The translations under genes and the position numbers were made by a program. A model generated the notes under the pieces. It was given only the letters and a program-made list of their open reading frames with translations, was not told where the DNA came from and ran no database searches. Positions 38,810 through 51,397 of a stretch of DNA of 64,000 nt are shown in pieces. The DNA is taken from positions 9,176,001 through 9,240,000 of the forward strand of contig CM119386.1 of NCBI GenBank assembly GCA_051294905.1, in the 5' to 3' direction. This DNA comes from Botryllus schlosseri (lineage: Eukaryota). Position 1 is the first letter of the stretch. Each line of letters starts with the position of its first letter.

Positions 38810-40356
38810 AGACGGGAAAGTATCGCAAAGATTATATTTCATTAGAGCTCGTGAAGCTACGAAGTTTCTTCGGAGCAGTGTCTCTTCAACTGGAGGGCGT
38901 GAAGATTATGATCTGATTATTATCTAGGGCAAAATGCATTCTCGGAATGAGTTTGAGTTGTTTTGAAGGTTCAAAGTGTTCCACAACGGCAAGGTATTCC
39001 TTATGATAATTCGATTTTCTCGACCATTGCGTAGTACCACTAATACACCGATGCTCGATGTTGACTGATACGAGATCTCGGATCTACCTAGGGTTGCATT
39101 TGAAACAAAAATCAATTTAAAACAAACATGTTTGAAACGAAACCCTAATTTAAAACATATTTTTTTAAAGTCACGTAGTGGATTGACGTTGACAATTGAA
39201 AATATAGGGTAAAAATAGCTCCTTTGACGAAATAAATATTAGGGTGGAGTGAAAAATGAAAATTTTTGAATTTCAAAAAAGGGTCTTGATATGTGGTGCC
39301 AAATAGCAAATAAATAAATGCCATCATAATTTTGGGTTGCTGCACCCTCTAGTGGTCGTGCAATTCTACCGAACGAGCCGAAAATAGCTGATTTCGCCAT
39401 ATCTTGATAATCACTTACACTAGAAAGTCAGTTTTGGGCTTAAAAGATGCAAAAGCAACATGTTTCTATCTCACTTTCATAGAACTTACTCTTGAAAATG
39501 AACAGAAAAAACAGTTACTTGCAAATTACTGATTTTATAGGTAAAATTGAGCACTTAAGCAGTGGGTAGGATGTCAAAATTGTGTAGTGATAGATCTTAT
39601 GACTGAGCAACATACCCTATCAATTAGAACTACTTTTCAAAACTTGCTCTAACAAATGAAACCCCCTCCAAGTATGAATAGGGCTCGGGCATGCAATAGT
39701 GACTGCTAAAACTGTATTTTAAACGGCGTCTATCGGTAGTGCGGCCTCGCGATATTGTTAAGTTCATAACAATGACTGTCATTAGATTTCTTACCAACAT
39801 GCTGTTGTAGGGTTTGTATCATATTTATCACAAAGCTCCTGAATGAAAACACGAAAATTGGAAATCCACATTCAAAACACGAACATCAACTCTATGCTGG
39901 AAACAGAAAAAAATTGTAGCAGTATCACATGAGTATCAGAGTGCACAAACATTAAAATCATGTTTGGTATTGAAAGATTTCATCTGCTTTCAAGACTTCA
40001 GTTTTTGTCAAATGAGGCCACCTCTACGTTTAAATCTTGAAACAGATACTTATGTCATCACTTTTACATGCCTTTTCACTGCTTGGTTGTGACAAGGATA
40101 ACTGAGCCTTAATGGGGATGATCTTAGGTTTTCCAGCTCGTGATCAGACAAGGTCTTGTTTGTGATGCAGGCGGCTGTTCAATATTTTTGAGGTTTAAGT
40201 TGACAATTTGGTGGAAAGATTAGGCCTTGATGTTGATAACTGGAATTTGAAAGAATCTGATGCTGGTGTCAATGTTGCTGTTTCTGGGTTTGGTTTCATT
40301 TATATATCCTCCTTCAAAGTCGTCAATTGGAACCAGATCCGCAATATTTAGGGGCT

Positions 40357-41124
40357 GGGCCGATCGTTCATTCAATATGGTTGACCCTCGCTTGCCAAAT
40401 TTTGAGGTAGCCTACTATGTGTGCAGAATCATCCATCGAGAAATCTGAACTGTCCTGCTAAATTCTGCATGGAGGTCTATTTTCCGTCATGGTTTGAAAT
40501 AAAAATGCACAATTCCATTGATGATGGTGCTAAAAATTTCCACAATATAGTTTTCCGTGTCACAAAGCTGACTGATACCTGAATTCACTCCCTCGCCCCA
40601 TCTTTGCTACAAAAAAATGCTTATTTTGAACACCCGGAAAATGTTTTTCTGGGAATGCTTTGGTGACGAGGAGGAAAATGTCCGAAGATTTGCAGTTAAC
40701 AAGATTACAGCTATGCGCAGGTCAACCAAACCATACAAAAATTCCAATTATGACTTTGAAGGAGGATATATAAATGACACCAAACCTAAAAACAGCAACA
40801 TTGACACCAGCATCAGTGTCTTCCAAATTCCAGTTATCAACATCGAAGCTAAATCTGTCCACACCAAATTGTCAACTTAAACCTCGAAGATATTGAACAG
40901 CCACCTGCATTCAAGACCTTGTCAGATGTTGAGGTGGAAAACCAAAGATCATCACCATTAAGGCACAGTCATCCTTACCACAACCAGGCAGTGGAAAGAC
41001 ATGTAAAAGTGGTCACTGAAGCATCTGCCCAGGTTTCAGAATTTGAACGTAGAGATGGCGTCATCAGACAAAAACCGAAGTCTTGAAAGCAGATGAAATC
41101 TTTCAATACTAAACATGATTTTAA
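40357..41124 (+). pseudogene. Disrupted hATm-type transposase, C-terminal part
   Basis: GPIVHSIWLTLACQILR*, AKFCMEVYFPSWFEIK, DGAKNF, QKNAYFEHPENVFLGML, HPYHNQAVERHVKVVTEASAQVSEFERRDGVIRQK; has stops and frameshifts. hATm assignment is from recalled family motifs. Confidence 0.8.
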
Positions 41125-41675
41125 TGATTGTGCACAATGATACTCATGTGATACTGCTACAAAAATTTTTTGTTTCCAGTATAGAATTGACGTTTGTGTT
41201 TTGAATGTGGATTTCCAATTTTTGTGTTTTCATTCAGGAGTCTTGTGATAAATATGATACAAACCCTACAACAGCATGTTGGTAAGAAATCTAATGACAG
41301 TCATTGTTATGAACTTAACAATATCGCGAGGCCGCACTACCGATAGACGCCGTTTAAAATACAGTTTTAGCAGTCACTATTGCATGCCCGAGCCCTATTT
41401 ATACTTGGAGGGGGTTTCATTTGTTTGAACAAGTTTTGAAAAGTAGTTCAAATTGTTAGGGTATGTTTCTCAGTCTTAAGATCAATCACTACACGCTTTT
41501 GACATCCTACACACTGCTTCAGTGCTTAATTTAACCTATAAAATCAGTAATTTGCTTGTAACTTTTTTCTGTTCATTTTTAAGAGTAAGTTCTATAGAAG
41601 TGAGATAGAAACATGTTGCTTCTGCATCTTTTAAGCCTAAAACTGACTTTCCAATGTAAACGGTTATCAAGATAT

Positions 41676-41750
41676 GGCGAAATCAGCTATATAGCTATAA
41701 ATCAGCTATATAGCTATATAGCTATATAGCTCAGTGGGCGAAATCAGCTA
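41676..41750. repeat. Palindromic micro-repeat insertion in the right arm only
   Basis: GGCGAAATCAGCTA repeated at 41676 and 41737 around (TATAGCTA)n filler; the left arm has a single copy. Confidence 0.85.
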
Positions 41751-42530
41751 TTTTCGGCTCGTTCGGTGAAATTGCACAGCCACTAGAGGGCGTAGCAACC
41801 TAAAATTATGATAGAATTTATTTATTTGCTATTTGGCACCACATATCAAGACCCTTTTTTGAAATTCAAAAATTTTCATTTTTCACTCCACCCTAATATA
41901 TATATGTACGATTGCTGTTGAACCGACTATTTTGAGGATTCCAACCATCCCATGTCGATATACGTCGGCTTCATCGGGTGGTAATTGTCCGTAGGCTCAT
42001 ACAACAAGTTTTATTGACACAAGTATGGCATAATTTTACAGCTTGAAAAAACACAATTTTGGTTATTTTAAAAAGGCCTTTTTTAAAACACTGTTAACAC
42101 ATGTTTTAAACAAAGTGTTTTAAAACACCGTTCGTTTTAAAGGCAACCCTAGATCTACCACTATAACCACTAACAGCTGTAGCCTATCCATTCACCGGAG
42201 TCCATAGTGAGGCGCAAAATAATAATTATAGCCTGATAAGGTCACGTCGTATACAATGCAAATGAGTTTTGCAAGTCTAAGCAAAGCCTTAAGTTGAGTA
42301 CTGTACAAAAATGTGTGCAACGTGTGGTCTGCTAGGAAGTGCCAATAAAGAATAATTTGCGACCCGTGAGATGCTCTTAAATTCTGCTTAGTTAAGTGGT
42401 TCTCAACCGCAGGTGCCGGTCCGTCAGAGATAATAAAACTTTATACTAGGGATGGTGTCAACGTACTTTATACTAAGGATGGTGTGAACGGAGGTTCGCG
42501 TTCGCAAACAAACCTTGGTTGGTTCTACAC

Positions 42531-45091
42531 CAGGGGTGGGCATTATTTTTCTCGGTGGGTCACACGAGAAGCAGAAAACACGTTCGCGGGGCGAGTCAAT
42601 AATTTCAGGTATAATCCGAGGCGTAATAATTTAAATTTTAAACTGAAAGCACTGAATTGCATTGTTAATAAATGCTGCTCACTGAATGTGTTGACATTAG
42701 GTAATCGTAATGAGAGAGTGACGGTTGAATAACAAAAAAATATTTATTTGCCGTCATAATTCGAACCAATGTTAAACCTGATACATTTTAAACTCTCTTT
42801 AAACCCTAATCCACGTTTTTCTATTAAGACATTAACATATATTTGTGATACTACAAAGCTTATTGTCTTGGTCGCTGCCTTCCGACTAGTGTGCAGCTTG
42901 GTGAAATAGCCTTGTTGATGAGCGAACCTTGCAGTTCTTCGGAAATTCGCCCCCCCCTCCCCTTGACCGAGTGTCTGTCTTCGTGTTTTTGTCATTAGCA
43001 TTAGACCTACTTAAATTATACTCCTTGAACACTCTGACATGCTTGGCAAAAACTAATATGACGGGTTTATCCCTGAGATGGGACAAAACAGTAGCCTACT
43101 TCGTCAGCCCCCGCAAACGTTGGTCTTGGGACCCCGTAAGGTCATAAATCAAACTCGTGGGGGCTTCACCCCCAGACCCCCTTCATTATGGGACTTTTTG
43201 TCACTACCAGTAGTCGCACCACGCGCGAAAAAAATTCATATTCAGGAAAGTTGGCTATAATATGCATAATTGCATATATTACTATTGATTTTTCATCCTC
43301 TCTCAGTCCACGTTATCAGATTTACTAGTAGGGCTGAGGAAGGTGGTGACTTCAGATAGCAAGGGCAGGACTATTACGCTCCTATGGACAATAGACAATC
43401 GGCAATATATATATTTATGGTTTCGGCCAACATGCGGTGGTCTTTTCGGCTAAGGTTTTATTAGGTAATATACTTCGCGAAGTAACATGTTGGCCGGAAC
43501 TTCAGAAATCTTGATGTGTCTTGGAGCGGTAATGGCTGGAGCTGAAATGTCCATTTCTTTTTATAAATGATGCGTAAGTGTTTATTGCGGCTCTGGGGGT
43601 ACCCATATTAAACACTAGCTAGATATTTAATTACACGAAATTGCGACATGCAGAAAGAAAATTTTGAAAGTTTTAGGAAATCTCCCACAAAATACTTTGT
43701 AAATTATGTTGATTTGCGAAATAATTTTGGGCCCCCTTCCTACTCGGCCCCCCTCTAATTGGGGGTGTTGGTGAAGAGCGGCAATTACGGCCCTGTGCCT
43801 GACTCCAACCTTCTTTAAATTTCAGCTTTCGACTTATTTTTTTGACCTGCCCGTTCATCCTTTATGGGTGATGATGACTCATAGCAATCATGAGCATTGA
43901 TTGACCTGTTTTACGAATTACACTGGTAAACACAATTTTGTTGACTTTGATCAGAAAATTGATTTCGACTAACTTTTGGGCGCTGAATTCAAAAATGACT
44001 TCGGTTTTTTTATCACGTCAAGTTTTGGGGTAGGCACCCACCCCATTATCTCATAACCCACATGAAAGTACTACTTTTAATATTTTTTGTTTATTGTTTC
44101 AAAACCCAAAAGCAGTCGACTGTAAATCAATAAAATCCAAATAAACATCTGCACTGCTTTATTTGGTTGATTTAACTGATATTGCTTCTGCAGGACAAGT
44201 AAAGTGCGAGTTTCAGGGTCCAAATTTACGCTAATAACTCATATCTCTGTGGGTTGTCACGTTTGATACTCGAGCAATAGTCAGCTAGCATATGTAAGCT
44301 CCAATCTACTCTGGTATCGTACCCTCTTCCTCTTCATTTATTGGAGGATGCTTACTCCTTGCCCATCGTGACTATGCCATGTCTTTCCGGGAAATTATTT
44401 AGATGTATAAGCTTTTTTGAATGTTTGCCGTCCGACATAAACATATGGCATTGGTGCATGTATATCAGGGTTACATGTGCACCCTTATTGTCCGACCACT
44501 AAGAAAACACAATATTTCAAAGCTGAGACATATGATCCAATCCCAATCGTGCTGGTGATATTGCAGCAATTCAATTTTTCTGTATTATTCTCAATGTGTC
44601 TGTATTTTTCACGAAGACTAACTGAGTGGGCAACTGTTGCTGCACATAAGACGTTGCCATTTTGGAGAATGTCACACTTTAGGGTAGTGGTTCTCAATTT
44701 TTCGTTCGAAATTGTTGCCCAGTGTTAGAGATTTGGAAACGTATCACGTAACAATTTGAAGCACAGGCGGAACGTGTATTGCGTAATTTGACAATAGCAA
44801 CAAAGAACGATTGAACTAAACTATACAGAAACAGCGATTTGTTGTGACTGTAATTGTTGCGGCATACTTTATTTTGAATCCAGATTGCACATGCGAGGTA
44901 CGTAGGCTGCGCAATCGCAACATACTACTGAAAAGGCTTCAAAGTAAACTAATTTCTGGCTCAGCTTATACAAACTATGGTTTTAGTCCACACAGCAACA
45001 TTCCAAAGTAGGTTTTAGGTTCTGAATTCCAAGCAACTTTTCGCTAACCGCTCAGAATAGTTATACGCGGGCCGTACTTGGCCCAGGTCTG
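42531..45091. mobile_element. Buster-type hAT inserted in the TAGGGATGG copy
   Basis: Ends CAGGGGTGGGC / GCCCAGGTCTG with CGCGGGCCG subterminal motif; host sequence resumes after it; TSD TTCTACAC is degenerate on the right. Confidence 0.65.
43921..44724 (-). mobile_element. Internally deleted Chapaev3-like (CMC superfamily) transposon with transposase remnants
   Basis: CACTGG...CCAGTG ends, TTA on both flanks; minus strand gives LQNGNVL..VAHSVSLREKY, HLNNFPERHG, RYQSR and LHMLADYCSSIKRD. Family name is from recalled motifs. Confidence 0.65.
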
Positions 45092-46273
45092 ATCTACCTA
45101 TACACTGTGAGCCTTTTTCATGCATTACAATTCCCACGTCATTTTAACGTGTTTGCTTGAAACTCTTTGCATTTCCACTTCGGACCTCTCTCCGCATGCC
45201 GCTGGCAGCATGAAAAGAATTTCACCTCTACACGAACATGAATCTTAACAATTTCAAAAATTGTTTGCCCGAAAGTTTGCTCGGAATATTCAGCTTTCCG
45301 TTTGTGACTCTCTGACCTGAGCTTTGCCCGCAATCACACAATACCAAGATAGGAACATACTACATGAAGGAAGTCAGCGAATTGTGCTTAGTCAACCTAC
45401 CAATTGTTTACTTTACATCAACGAAATTTATCTAAAGAATGCATCGATGTCTGCTGTAAAAATCCATCAGGATACGGGATCTATCTTGATATGATAACCT
45501 TATTATATCATAACAACCAAAACCGTCAGATTGGGGTGCTGGCTACTGTATAACATGTTTTTGAGATAATATAATTGTATTCGTAGTGCGTCTTGTGATC
45601 ATGGATGATGGCAATTTTACCTCGACTCTGCAGACACATAACAGTAAAATTACACGAATATCATCATGAACATATTTAAGTACGAAGGAAACCCTCAAAA
45701 TATCGCTCTTTAGTGCCATACTTGGACAACGACGGTCGCATAGTTTACATTTTGACTAGAGTTCAATTTTTGAAGGTCCACTGGTCCGCCAAATGTGTTT
45801 AAAATTTGACCGGTTAGCGAGCTAAAGAAGGTTGATAACCACTTGCTTAATCTGAAACGTATGAGCTTAGATCAGATGCAATGCTGTCCGCTCTTTTTCT
45901 CTTGAGCTACTCTCTCGTTTCGCCAGACAGCATTGTTGCGTCCCAATGCCAATCTCCATAACAATGAAAAATTCGAGGCTGATTGTCTGGGTTCCAGGGC
46001 CGCGAGCGGAATAAAATTTATATTTTCGTAATCAGTGCAGAGTCAGCTTTCGATTGATACCCGTTTTACCAAATTTAATGCTCGGCAAGCCGGTCAAAAA
46101 TGACCGTCAAATTGCCTGTAGCCAAATGGAAATTGCGACGTGAATCAATTTCACTGAGCCGTGAGATTTGCTTGTGTCGACACCATATAGGACACTATGG
46201 TGAAATAATGATAATAATAATAACTTGGGTTTTGCCAGCAGTGTATACCCTGTACATGGGCTTCTGTATTATG

Positions 46274-47366
46274 TAGGGTTGCCATATACGTCCGAAATTT
46301 CTCTGTAAAAACTGCGTACTGGAGGAAATTCCAAAATACGCCTAAATGTCCGGAATTTTGAAGGCTTGAAGTAGGCTCAATTTTTTTTCGCCAATCAACA
46401 TAAATAATATTATTTTCAAGCAGATTTGTACTATTTGAAAATTTTCTTCGCGCCAGGCGCGATTTCATATATCGTATATCGATATTGTTATGGGGAGCAC
46501 GCACCACCCTCGCAAAAAATGCAATCAAAATAAATGAAAATAACCATCATTTACCGAAATCAGTGTAATTGTAATCGCAATGATAAGATAACGGTATATT
46601 CCTAGAGTTGGTTAAGGCCGTTTTAATGCTTTAGTTTAGTCAAAGACAGTTGTTAAACCTGGGGGTCGTTTGCCTTTATTCTGGGGATCGCGAAGATGTT
46701 GGACGTCATCAGCTTCCAAAACAGGCCGTGAGTAAGTCTGGGCAAGCTGACTTTTTTATAATCAGCCTATCATTTTTTGATCTAGACCGTGGAACATTTT
46801 CAAATTGGAAATGAGCTCATGGCTATTAAAGGTTGGACACCACCGAATGTGCAATCTATTGGTGTATTTTATAGTAATATATGGAAGAACCAATATCATT
46901 GACAGACTTCATTCACAAATTTTTACAAGCATATGCATATAGTAAGCCCGCAAGAAGTTGCATCGATTAGCCTATGGTGGGCCCAAGATCAGTGCTTTTT
47001 GGGCGGAAGTGGGCTGAGAAAATGTTGCTCCGGGCCTCGATACAACACACAACCAGATAACCGCACCAACCTAACAGTAGAGCAGTGCTGTCAAACACAC
47101 ACCCGGTGGACCGTATGAGGTCTACCAGACGATTTCATCCGGCCCGCGAAGAAATCTGTTGCAGATCCAAGCAATCACCAAAGTTCACATTAGAGAGGGC
47201 CGAATTCAAAACCTGTGTTTCACTCCACTCCTGCATACAGTCGATAGACGAACTTTTGTTAGTGTGACGTCATATTGACTGACAATGTGTCCGTGCCTCA
47301 TTGTAAAATCCGATGTGGGCGCTAAAGAATGTCCGCAATTTGATCCACAAAAATATGGTAACCCTA
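46274..47366. mobile_element. hAT MITE, TAGGGTT(G/A)CCATA family, copy 1
   Basis: TAGGGTTGCCATA / TATGGTAACCCTA, TSD GTATTATG/GTATAATG (7/8), TCCGGA subterminal repeats; homologous in inverted orientation to 52140-54206. Confidence 0.85.
47083..47230 (+). mobile_element. Truncated hAT left-end fragment
   Basis: CAGTGCTGTCAAAC...ATCCGGCCCGCG interrupting the 46274 element; no right end found, so the end coordinate is approximate. Confidence 0.5.
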
Positions 47367-50300
47367 GTATAATGCAACTGTTCTATTGCAAACATGCGAT
47401 TTCTCTTTTCAAAGCTTTTTGATTCAGCTACAAAGGGAACGGGGCGTGAAAAAGTGGAAGAACCACAGTCCACTTCTTCAGAGTATAGGCCCATATTCGG
47501 TGCAAGGACTTCAAACTGTCTGTAACATTTAGTGGTGAACAATTGCTCAAAGTTGTGTAGACACATGTGGGTTATACTAAACAGATAAAAAAAAATACGT
47601 TTCTTTCCCTCTAACATTTCAGTTGTGACTTTTGAGTACATAGTATCACATGAGGGGCATCTAGCTGCGTCAGTTACGACGACGCGGAAGTACACAGGGA
47701 AATTGAAATCGTCACCCAGGCATTTTTGTGTGTGACGCAATTGATGTTATCGCGTTCCTGGTAGCATTGCAAATGATGTGCATAGTACAGTGCACATTGC
47801 ACATCCTGATATCGCGGGACTGCCCCTTGTGGACGTCGACCTAAAAAGAATCATCTGTTTCGCTGATCACATGCGTCAGGCCTGAAGGGGTATTGGTTGA
47901 TATCGGCTGATTAACTATATGTCCAAAGAACTGCATGACGTCTTACCGCCTCGTGCTCGTTACCTATTGCCTCATCACAACATAAATTTGGCTACAGGGG
48001 AACTGATTAGTAACCTTATTACGCATATTTCACAATGAATTCATAAGAAAGCGAACTGGGGGTGTCTTATTTATAATAGATATCATATTACATGCAAGCA
48101 GGTGAATTAAGAGTTCATAACGCCTCATCCTATTCATGCAGTTAATTGTTTGCGTGGTACTTACTTACATTTCTCACTGATACAGGCCTAAAAGTTTGGT
48201 GATCGTTTTTTCAAAATAGTGTTACCAGCTCCTTCCATCACCACGACGCCTGCATGATCGCACAAAATGAGTACGATGTGGATGTGGACATGAATCGATG
48301 AAAATTTAACAAACATTACACGTGAAATCGTATTGGACTAATTTTAGCGAAAGCGATGTAGCCTACGTCAAAGATTCTATGCATCTGTATGTAACCTCAT
48401 GTTAGGGACAGAAAGGTTGTGGTTATTGTTATGTCACCTCCGTGTATGGTGATTGTAGACGCGAACCGCAACCGCACCATTATATTTCTCAAAATGCATT
48501 TACTGACTGTCCTGCCAACGAACTGGAAGCTTGATACTGGGAGTTGACAGAAAACTGATGAAATACTGGATAAGTGTACTATATGCGAATCTCACCAATA
48601 TGCGTATGCAACAATTCTAAGATCGGCACATTTGCATGATCATTGATCAAGCCCTATCGTCGCAACCACTTTTCTATGCGTGCCTCGCTTATTCGACATA
48701 TAGTACGCACCAGTGACTCTGGACAGTGGACATGCACACTTGCACATGCACAACAATTCCAAATGCGATGTCGCGGAGCACGAAGCAACTTTATTGTTGC
48801 AAGAAATTTAGCAAATATTGCACACATATCAAAAAATCTCTCGGTTTCCGTCGCGACCCAAATTTATTCCCGTCGCGACCTATACGTTAAGAACCCCAGC
48901 CTTGTAAGATAATCCTTAGGTTAAAGATGGCCCCCGATCTCGGTCTATAGAGACTCAAACCGCGTTGAATTCCTATATATTAGGCTTTGATGTAGAAACT
49001 TCAAACTATTCAGTCATGGTATTCATCATCCATCATCCGTATTGATCAAGAATTGGGCCAAAGGCAAGATTGCAAATGCAGCCTCATAAAGGCATATCAA
49101 ATCAAACAGCGTGCTAAGTAGAGGAATTCTTGTTTTGTTAGTTTGCCTTTTGCGTATAGTTGGAGACAATGCGTGTTGAGCACAGCACGTGACAATTAGG
49201 TGGCAGCAACATCGCCACATCAGAATAAAGGAAATAAATTTAGGGATATAGAGTTTTTTTGTGGAATTGCATTGAGGCTGCAATGATTGTTATTTTTCTC
49301 ATTATTCAACAGAAATACGTAGAATGTAGATGATTCAGCTTATTTGGGCTGGTTCGCAACTGCACGTTTTTGACGCGATCAAATTCTGTTGGATAGTATT
49401 GGTGCAGCAAAAGCTGTGTATACAGTCTACCTTCTTGCCCATCACTACATCACCGATTGCTGCAAATTGCGGCCAAGGTTTTGCAGTCCTTCGGTATGAT
49501 TATTGGAAACACGAAGCTATTACGTCCGAATCCAACTTTTCCCTCAAAGGCATTTACACATAACAGCAATGAAATGACTTGGTTGTTACGATCGTGCTGT
49601 ATACATTATGAAATATCTTGCAGGCTATCTCTCGAAATGATCGTATTCAGTCACCCAACAATCAAACCATCATTTCGAAATGTAGCGAGGTGGACAAAGT
49701 ACTTCATTGATTATATTCCTAGTAGCCCAAGGCGGACCGCGGTGCGAATGCGAACTTTCTCGGTGCCGAATCCGGACCTTATCTGTCTCAAGAATTACTT
49801 TGATTTTTAATAAAACCAAATCCATTAGACTATAGTCGATTTGCCAAACCAAAGTACAGTGGTTTACTCTTGCTGTTCAGCTCTAGACCAACAATATAAA
49901 ACAGCCTTGGTCAGAGACCTTGGTCAGAGACTTTGGGATCTCCGGTTGTCATTTTAAATTTTTAAAGAGCTAGCAAGAAATTAAAAAATGCCAATTATCC
50001 AACTAGCTATGACAAAAATCAATATATCTCGCTTTTGCTAATACTAATTTACGGGACTTTCCAAATAATTGCATCGTATTACGTTTGTATCACTGCAGAT
50101 TTTTTCATGGCAGTTATAACGGACGTAAGCAAATTTTAAACTTTTGTAGCTGGACCTTCGCTAATATATATAAGTACTGTAACTCTTTATATTAGATTAA
50201 GTACAAGGTGTTTAATATTGCTTTCCGGATGAATCATAATAAATTTCATTCGAAATTGCGTCAAATCATTAGGTTCAAGTAGTAGTTACGGGTTGTTTGG

Positions 50301-50775
50301 TTTTCCATAGGGGACCTGCGATCTGAAAATGCATACTTTAGCTGGGTTCCAATAATTTTCAATTCAATTCAATTCATTCCTAAAAATTTCATCATTTCAA
50401 TACACCGCAAGACTGCGATACAATGAAAGATAGGAAGGTGTCGAAACGACTTGGAGTAGTCTTCGATATCAGATACCCACCTGGCCTTGGCGATGTAGAA
50501 AAGGAGGCATGCACACTGAATGGAAATTAAAAGAAGATAATATAAAAGAACAGGTGACAAATAAGGTGGCAAGTGTCGGAAGACGAGATCGATATGACAT
50601 GTCGTGACCCGATAAACTAGAGCGCCAACTATACTCATTATATTCTAGAGTTCTTAGTCCCTGTTTCGACTTACATGATAACGAGCCGACGGATATGCAC
50701 TCTTAATGAAAAGTGTGTGTATTTCCACACGTGTACTATCCCTGATATACGGGTATGAATATGCATCATATAGAT

Positions 50776-51397
50776 CAGGGGTGGGCCACATGCAATCGGC
50801 CAAAGGGCCACATGCAATTTACGAACCGTTGCGCGGGCCACTATCCGCGCGACGCGCGAAATTGTTTCGATGTTTATACATGGATAATATTATTACTTGA
50901 GTATATTGTGGGTCTGCTGTATATCACGGGGCCCAGTTTGCAAGGACTGGACTATTCGGGACCTGGACACATCGACATCGAAAGCTTCGACCAATATGCG
51001 TCAATCATTTTCTGCCTAGGTTTCATCGTCGACGGTCTTTCAGCGAGCGAGACGTTATTTCATTTTCAGAAAGGGTTAACACTATTGAAAGCAAGAAATC
51101 GAGTGACAACATATTGCGCGAAGCGTGAATTTTGTTTTTACTTTGGATAAATCTATCGCAAATTATTCTGCTTTATCGTAATGTACGAAGATCTACCAAA
51201 ATGTGACTGGCTCATGAATCCGCCAATGCTTCAGAACTGATATTTTAATCATCATATCTTAAGTGTTGGCCGTGCAAGTTCACAATCCGTGCAATCCATT
51301 TTTGATAATATTACTAATTTCGGAAATTACCTCGCGGGCCACTCAAAACCTTCTCGCGGCCACATGTGGCCCACTGGCCACGGATTGGCTGGCCTTG
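50776..51397. mobile_element. Diverged inverted copy of the 6020-6731 hAT family, 622 bp
   Basis: CAGGGGTGGGCCAC / TTGGCTGGCCTTG ends, perfect TSD ATATAGAT, interior colinear with the reverse complement of 6020-6731. Confidence 0.9.

Larger units (their letters stand above)
39240..41895. mobile_element. hATm-like foldback element built from two 3' ends (arms 39240-40332 and 40742-41895, 409-bp spacer)
   Basis: TAGGGTGG...CCACCCTA ends; flanks ATAAATAT/ATATATAT (7/8 TSD); arms are reverse complements over ~1.1 kb and include transposase C-terminal coding sequence. Confidence 0.9.
39089..42151. mobile_element. hAT MITE (~400 bp of own sequence) hosting the hATm foldback
   Basis: TIRs TAGGGTTGCATTTGAAAC / GTTTTAAAGGCAACCCTA, perfect TSD GATCTACC, AAAACA-rich subterminal repeats. 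Confidence 0.92.
42447..45590 (-). mobile_element. Interrupted, truncated copy of the TAGGGATGGTGTGAAC hAT family
   Basis: 42474-42530 and 45098-45590 are colinear with the reverse complement of 52501-53482; split by the 42531-45091 insertion; far end not seen. Confidence 0.7.
42394..45844. mobile_element. Old Charlie-type hAT, outermost shell of a nested stack
   Basis: Ends AAGTGGTTCTCAACC / GGTTGATAACCACTT (both with A in place of the usual C), GGTCCG subterminal motifs, degenerate TSD GCTTAGTT/GCTTAATC. Confidence 0.65.

Noticed and set aside
44685-44700. TAGTGGTTCTCAA as a hAT left end pairing with 45844
   Set aside because: No TSD match; it lies within the Chapaev-like end, and 45844 pairs better with 42394.
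47270-47740. 156-aa minus-strand ORF
   Set aside because: Runs across a MITE end, no recognisable domain, no convincing exon structure.
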